Position numbers and translations under genes: made by a program
Assembly: GCA_963737905.1 (NCBI GenBank)
Contig: CAVTUQ010000014.1
Coordinates: 1-64,000, forward strand
DNA from: an uncultured delta proteobacterium
GTDB taxonomy: Bacteria > Desulfobacterota > Binatia > UBA9968
Direction of reading: 5' to 3'
DNA length: 64,000 nucleotides
Shown: one piece after another, positions 59,221 to 64,000 of the stretch
Numbering within the stretch: the stretch's first letter is position 1
Layout of the letters: each line of letters opens with the position of its first letter
The notes under the pieces: generated by a model
What the model saw: only the letters and a program-made list of their open reading frames with translations
What the model was told of the DNA's origin: nothing
Database searches by the model: none

Positions 59221-60796
59221 TGCCGCCGAAACACCGGAAGAAATCTCCCGCCAAACGAGTTTTCCAACCGCTCCCTGAAAACAGCTACTGGATCGAAAAC
59301 GACGCCTACGACCGCCGCGTCTATGGATATCTTCGGTCGGAGTCTCCTTCGCTTCGAGAGCTTGAAGAGGCCGGCAGTACCTTCTTGCCGCATTTTGGCT
59401 CCCTGCTCCAAGACATCTTTTGTCTTTTGTTCAAGTACAATGTCATCTTTCACAAGGCTTCCGCGGTTGTCGCCAGCGCGCTCCTGAACGAGAAGTTTCT
59501 CAACGGGATCCGGCAAGGGAATCAATACGAGTTCCTGCGCGAGCAAACTCTCCTCAATGAGGCGCGGGCCGGCCTGTCTACGCTCCTTCTCGGGGAGCGG
59601 CTTCTTGCGCTCATAAAAACCGAAAAACTGCTCACGCGACGCGATATGCGGGATCTTTGGGACCTTCAAAAGCAAGAAGAGATCGTGAGCGAAAAATTGG
59701 AAGAATATGAAAACGCCGATACGATACCCGATGACAATTTATCGGAAGAAGGAAAGAAAGCCCTAGAGAAAGCCAAAGAACGGCTGGGTGGAGAAGTTCA
59801 GGGCGCCGAAGCGCTGCTGCGTCACAAGACCGATCAACTGAAGGAAGACTTAAAACAAAGCGAAGCGCAGACGACCAACCGTTTGCAAGCTGAAGCTATC
59901 AAGATCGCGCAACAATTGGAGGAAGCGACGGAGGAAGCGGAGGCGTGGGGATCAACGCTGGGCACCGGCCAACGTTCCCCTCCCGGGCAAAAGCTCGAAC
60001 TCGGCAAGCGCCTCGCGGGTAACGAGAAGCTCAAGAAGCTCGCTCGCATGGTCGGTCGGATGAAGTTCCATGCCATGGCGCTCAGGAAGAAGGTCTTCGA
60101 GCGGTCCAGCGAGGAAGTCTTGGAGGTGGAGCGCGGTGACTCACTGCAACGATTGCTGCCCCATGAGATGATTGCTTTGCACCACCCCATCCTGCGCAAA
60201 GATTTTCACCGCCGATTTTTGGATCAAGAGTTGCTGCAATACTCTCTCCGCGGCGTTGAGGAAAAAGGCAAAGGCCCGATGATCGTATGCTTGGACGGCA
60301 GCTCCTCGATGGCCGGGGACAAAGAGATCTGGTCGAAGGCCGTGACCCTGACCCTTTTGGAAATCGCCCGTCGCCAGCGGAGGCTTTTTCGCTCCATCTG
60401 CTTTTCCTCGGAACAAACCCCGCTGCAAATTCTCGATCTCAATCCTCGCGAACACTATGAGATCAAAGCCAAGAACGTGATGGATCTGGCGGAATACTTT
60501 CCCGGCGGCGGCACGGATTTTCAGAAGCCCTTGGACGCTGCGTTGGAGTGCCTCCAACAATCACGGTTCAAAAAAGGCGATATCGTTTTCATCACCGACG
60601 GCGAATGCCAGGTCAGCCCGGAATGGGCCGAGCAGTTTCGCGATCAAAAGGAGAAACTTGGCTTCTCGCTGTTCTCCATCCTGATCGACGTCGGTTCGAG
60701 CTCATTGGGAACGCTGAAGGAATTCAGCGACCGTATCACCACAATCAAAGCAGTTGACCGGGCGACGAAGCAAAAGAGATTTTTGTCAAATTTTAG
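59220..60796 (+). CDS. viaA: VWA-domain partner protein, ViaA-like (probable indels near 60750)
   Basis: Start overlaps the ATPase stop; LLPHE, MIDAS DGSSSM, GGGTDF, ITDG; corrected end QLTGDEAKEIFVKF* at 60796. Confidence 0.82.
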
Positions 60797-61728
60797 TGCA
60801 GCGCCAGCCTCCGCGCGTTTCCAATGTGAACTCCCCTATCGTTAGCGGCCATTGGAGGATTTTTTTGGTCGCGGAGAATTTGAAGGAATTCTTGCGCCAT
60901 AGTGCCGAGAGGTTTGCGCCTATCGTACGTAATAAAAGACTTGATCCCCAGTTGCTTCAGTTCCGGAACGTTGATCAGCCTCAAATTGCCCCTTGCTACC
61001 CGGCTGGCGACAGCGTTGCGATATAAGATTCCCACTCCCATACCCAGTCGGACTGCCGCCCTTACCGCTCCGGACACGTCGCAACGCAAGGCGATATTCA
61101 TCTTATATCCCAGGTTCATCAGTACCTTTTCCAGCCTACCGCCACGTCTCAACACCAGGGGACACTCACCCAGTTCCTTTAAGCTCAACTTCTTTCTCGC
61201 AAGTGGACTTGAGGGAAGGCAAAACGCAACCAACTCCATCTCGCCATAAGGTTCATAAACAAGTTCGGCGCGGTAAGAAGGATTCGTAATGAGGGCTATT
61301 TCCACTTCAGAGGCGACCAGACGCTTTTCGATAACCGGACTCTCATTGGTCTCCAAAATAACCTGAGCGGAAGGCTGACGCGTCTTAAACGCCATGAGTA
61401 ATTTTGGAAGAACGTTGGCCGACACATTGTGACTGCCGCCGACTATGAGCGGCGCTGCGTCGTCCGTCTTAGTTTTACCCTTATATTTATTCTCGAGATG
61501 TTCGGCCTCCGCCAATAGAGGTCGGATCGCGCTGATAAACTCTTCTCCCTCGGAAGTCAACTCCACGCCTTGATTAAGCCTGATAAAAAACTTCGTACCG
61601 AATTCTTCCTCCATAAGCTTTAGCTGTTGCGACACCGCGGGTTGGCTAATATGAAGCGCTTCGGAAGCCTTCGTAATGTTCAGATGCCTTACAACACATT
61701 CAAAAATCCGCAGCTGATGTAGTGTCAT
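60793..61728 (-). CDS. LysR family transcriptional regulator
   Basis: MTLHQLRIF...ITKASEALHISQPAVSQQLKLMEEEFG HTH followed by a substrate-binding domain. Confidence 0.93.
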   Translation of the reverse strand: MTLHQLRIFECVVRHLNITKASEALHISQPAVSQQLKLMEEEFGTKFFIRLNQGVELTSEGEEFISAIRPLLAEAEHLENKYKGKTKTDDAAPLIVGGSHNVSANVLPKLLMAFKTRQPSAQVILETNESPVIEKRLVASEVEIALITNPSYRAELVYEPYGEMELVAFCLPSSPLARKKLSLKELGECPLVLRRGGRLEKVLMNLGYKMNIALRCDVSGAVRAAVRLGMGVGILYRNAVASRVARGNLRLINVPELKQLGIKSFITYDRRKPLGTMAQEFLQILRDQKNPPMAANDRGVHIGNARRLALH

Positions 61729-62250
61729 CGGTTTACTCCCTAGGCATAAGAGATCCGACGTCGATACAAGTACCTATCTAACCCAAACCTCGCCGTGAGG
61801 CAACGAAAATCATGCTCGTACAACTATCGTCGCATCGCCGGAAAAAATTTCAAGTAGTTTTTCGCCTCAATCGTAAACTTGCCCTCACGAGAAGCGCTTC
61901 CCCGAAATTTTCAGTTCGCGGATTTCCAAGGAAAGACAGCGGGTTGTTACCCGGTTGTTATCTTCGCAACATTCTTCCACGGCGAGAAGAGGATTTATGG
62001 TCCTCTGCACAAGCTCTCGCATTGATATTCAAACGTCACGAGGAACTTCTTCGATTACGCTTCGAAGTGGATCAACGACCGGTTCCCCTGAGCGTATTCG
62101 AGATCAAGTAAGTGACTGCACGCGAGCCCGGCGCTGACTCCCGGATCTTATTATTTGCCCAACTCCAAGATGGCATAAGTAATGCTTATGCCGCCATTCG
62201 AAAAAACTATTGGCCGCATCCTTGGTTTTCATATACCAGCTCTTACCAGA

Positions 62251-62363
62251 GCACGTTGACGAGACCATCTGACTCGGCAGCCGGCTCAACCAGACAGCCG
62301 GAAAATGGTGCTTACGGGAGACCGTAGGAGAGGGAGTAGGAGCAGGCCGAAACAGTCACGTGC
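62251..62363 (+). ncRNA. Candidate structured leader RNA (family not recognised)
   Basis: Nested stems GCACG(T)TGAC/GTCACGTGC, ACCAT/ATGGT, CCGGCT/AGCCGG and CTTACGG-GAGA-CCGTAGG. Confidence 0.35.
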
Positions 62364-62502
62364 CCGGGAGGAACTTATAAAGGTCAGAGCAAAACAAACG
62401 AGCCATTTGGTCCTTCTAGACCGCTAGGCTTTAGTATCACGTTAAAGCAAAGGTACAGAGAGTTATGTCGTATCAAAAACTTGGGTGAAAGGAGTAAATA
62501 AA

Positions 62503-64000
62503 ATGAAGCAACATCTATGCATTACGAAAAGGCGCGTACTGCGTGCAGCATTATCCGTGGTCACTTTGGCGATTCTCGCATTCAGCGGCAGCGCGCTGGC
62601 GGCCAGTGCAACCCAAATCCCATGGACGGGACCGGCACCCAAAGCCAATTGCGGTCCTTTCGATTGGACCGAAAGCGGATTGCAAGGTCAGACCACGGCG
62701 TGGGAACGCCTGAGCGGCGACTCGGAGGGCGGCTACAACTGCAACCTGGAGCTCGTTGGCCAGTTCCGAGGAGAGGGAGCCTTTTCGCAGGACGGACCGG
62801 CGTACCTTGATCACTGCGCCTACATGGGAACGGAAAATGACCCTCTGCAGCAGCACCCGGGCGTCGTAGTGATCGATGTCTCGGACCCCGCGCATCCGCG
62901 GCCGACCGCGTACCTGGATGACACTCCCGCGGCGCTCAACCCGCACGAGAACCTGAAGGTGAACCAGGCGCGCAAGCTCCTCGGGGTCGCCGAAAACAAC
63001 GGGCCGAATTTCGCCGTTTATGACCTGTCCAACTGCGCTCACCCGATCCTGAAGTCCAGCATCACCGTGCCCGGGAGCCTGGGTCACATGGGTGGCTGGG
63101 CCGAGGACGGCATGACGTACTACATCGGCCAGAACTTTCGAGGCGTCGGCGGCACGATGCCGGTCATTGACGTCGCCGATCCGTCCGATCCGAAGGTGCT
63201 CCTCACCTGGCAGTTCAACGGCGATGGCAGGCCCCACGACCTGACCACCAACAAGGACGGGACGCGGTTATACGTAGTACAACCCGGGAGCTTCGGCGCG
63301 GCGGCGAACAGTTCTTCGTTCGGTCCGGAGTTGCTGGTGATCCTGGACGTGAGCGACATTCAGTTCCGTCGCCCCAATCCGCAGATCCGGATTGTCAGCA
63401 AGATCGGCTGGGGTGACCAGGGGGGGCAGGGGGAGGGGAGCAGCCGCTCCTCGTATCCTACAACGGGCGCCCGCACATCCTCACCACGTCCGAGTCCGGG
63501 CCCCAGGGGGGTGCTGGTGGTCTAGCGGCGGCATGTGCCCGGGGAGTCGGGGCGTACGGTTATGTGCATATCGTCGACATCAGCGACGAGACGAACCCTA
63601 AAATAATCTCCGAGCTCATGGACGAAGTGCACGACCGCCGCAATTGCGAGGCTATGCTCAATGAGCCTCCAGAAGTCGGCGGCGGTATCCTCGACTATTC
63701 CATTGAAAGATGCAATGTGGACCGCCCGGAGAATCCGACGATGGCCGCTTGCGGATCGAGAGGTGTAGGCACCCGAGTTTTCGATATTCGCGATCCCTAC
63801 CACCCTGCAGAGATCGCGTACTGGAAGGGGCCGGCTCCGCGGACGGCTTTCCTTCCCGGATCGGGTAGCTGGTCGCCGGGTGTCGATCGAACCGTCGAAA
63901 AGCAAGCTGGTTTGACGCACTTTCAAAAGGTTCCTGCCGACGGGACGCACGGGCGTGAGTTGCAGCTTTGGATCGTCGGTGATGGCAACGGTTTTCAGGT
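62503..64000 (+). CDS. Exported LVIVD-repeat/beta-propeller protein, frameshifted after about 63430, truncated by the window end
   Basis: AAGGAG RBS, signal peptide ending ALA, repeats VIDVSDPAHP, VYDLSNCAHP, VIDVADPSDP, ILDVSD; later frames give IVDISDETNP and FDIRDPYHP. Confidence 0.8.

Noticed and set aside
58102-60796. AAA+ ATPase/VWA pair as a novel conflict system
   Set aside because: It fits the known RavA-ViaA chaperone-like pair, with no effector, nuclease or third component adjacent.
61812-62111. 99-aa ORF divergent from the LysR gene
   Set aside because: It has no RBS or recognisable motif and may be a remnant or frameshifted gene, so I cannot support it.
62256-62357. Hammerhead ribozyme core (TGACGAG...CGAAAC.GTC)
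   Set aside because: Stem III would have a 1-nt loop and the conserved C3 is missing; kept only as a generic structured-RNA candidate.

Overview
Bacterial chromosomal window of about 55 CDSs, dominated by catabolism and transport. It has about 10 substrate-binding proteins but only two ABC permeases and one ATPase, plus four SDRs, two LLM oxidoreductases, UbiD-, OphC- and NbaC-like aromatic enzymes, M20/M24/GGT hydrolases, thiI and a RavA/ViaA-like pair. This gene content resembles Candidatus Binatia/Deltaproteobacteria-type soil or sediment genomes (inference only). About 16 genes have single-base frameshifts, most consistent with uncorrected long-read assembly errors. I found no rRNA, tRNA, CRISPR array, integrase or transposase. 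Two accessory two-gene cassettes are candidate uncharacterised conflict/defence systems. (1) 49161-52240: a nucleoside-deoxyribosyltransferase/TIR-like + TPR (DUF4071/ASK1-like) + SLOG-like protein translationally coupled to a patatin phospholipase. (2) 30658-33695: a cytoplasmic subtilase followed by an alpha/beta-hydrolase whose ~100-aa insertion is bracketed by two identical GGAAGLG motifs, which suggests a protease-activated zymogen. Non-coding highlights are several families of oligomer-built palindromic repeats, a 96-bp MITE-like element and a candidate structured leader RNA at 62251-62363. All family assignments come from motif recognition by eye; no searches were run.
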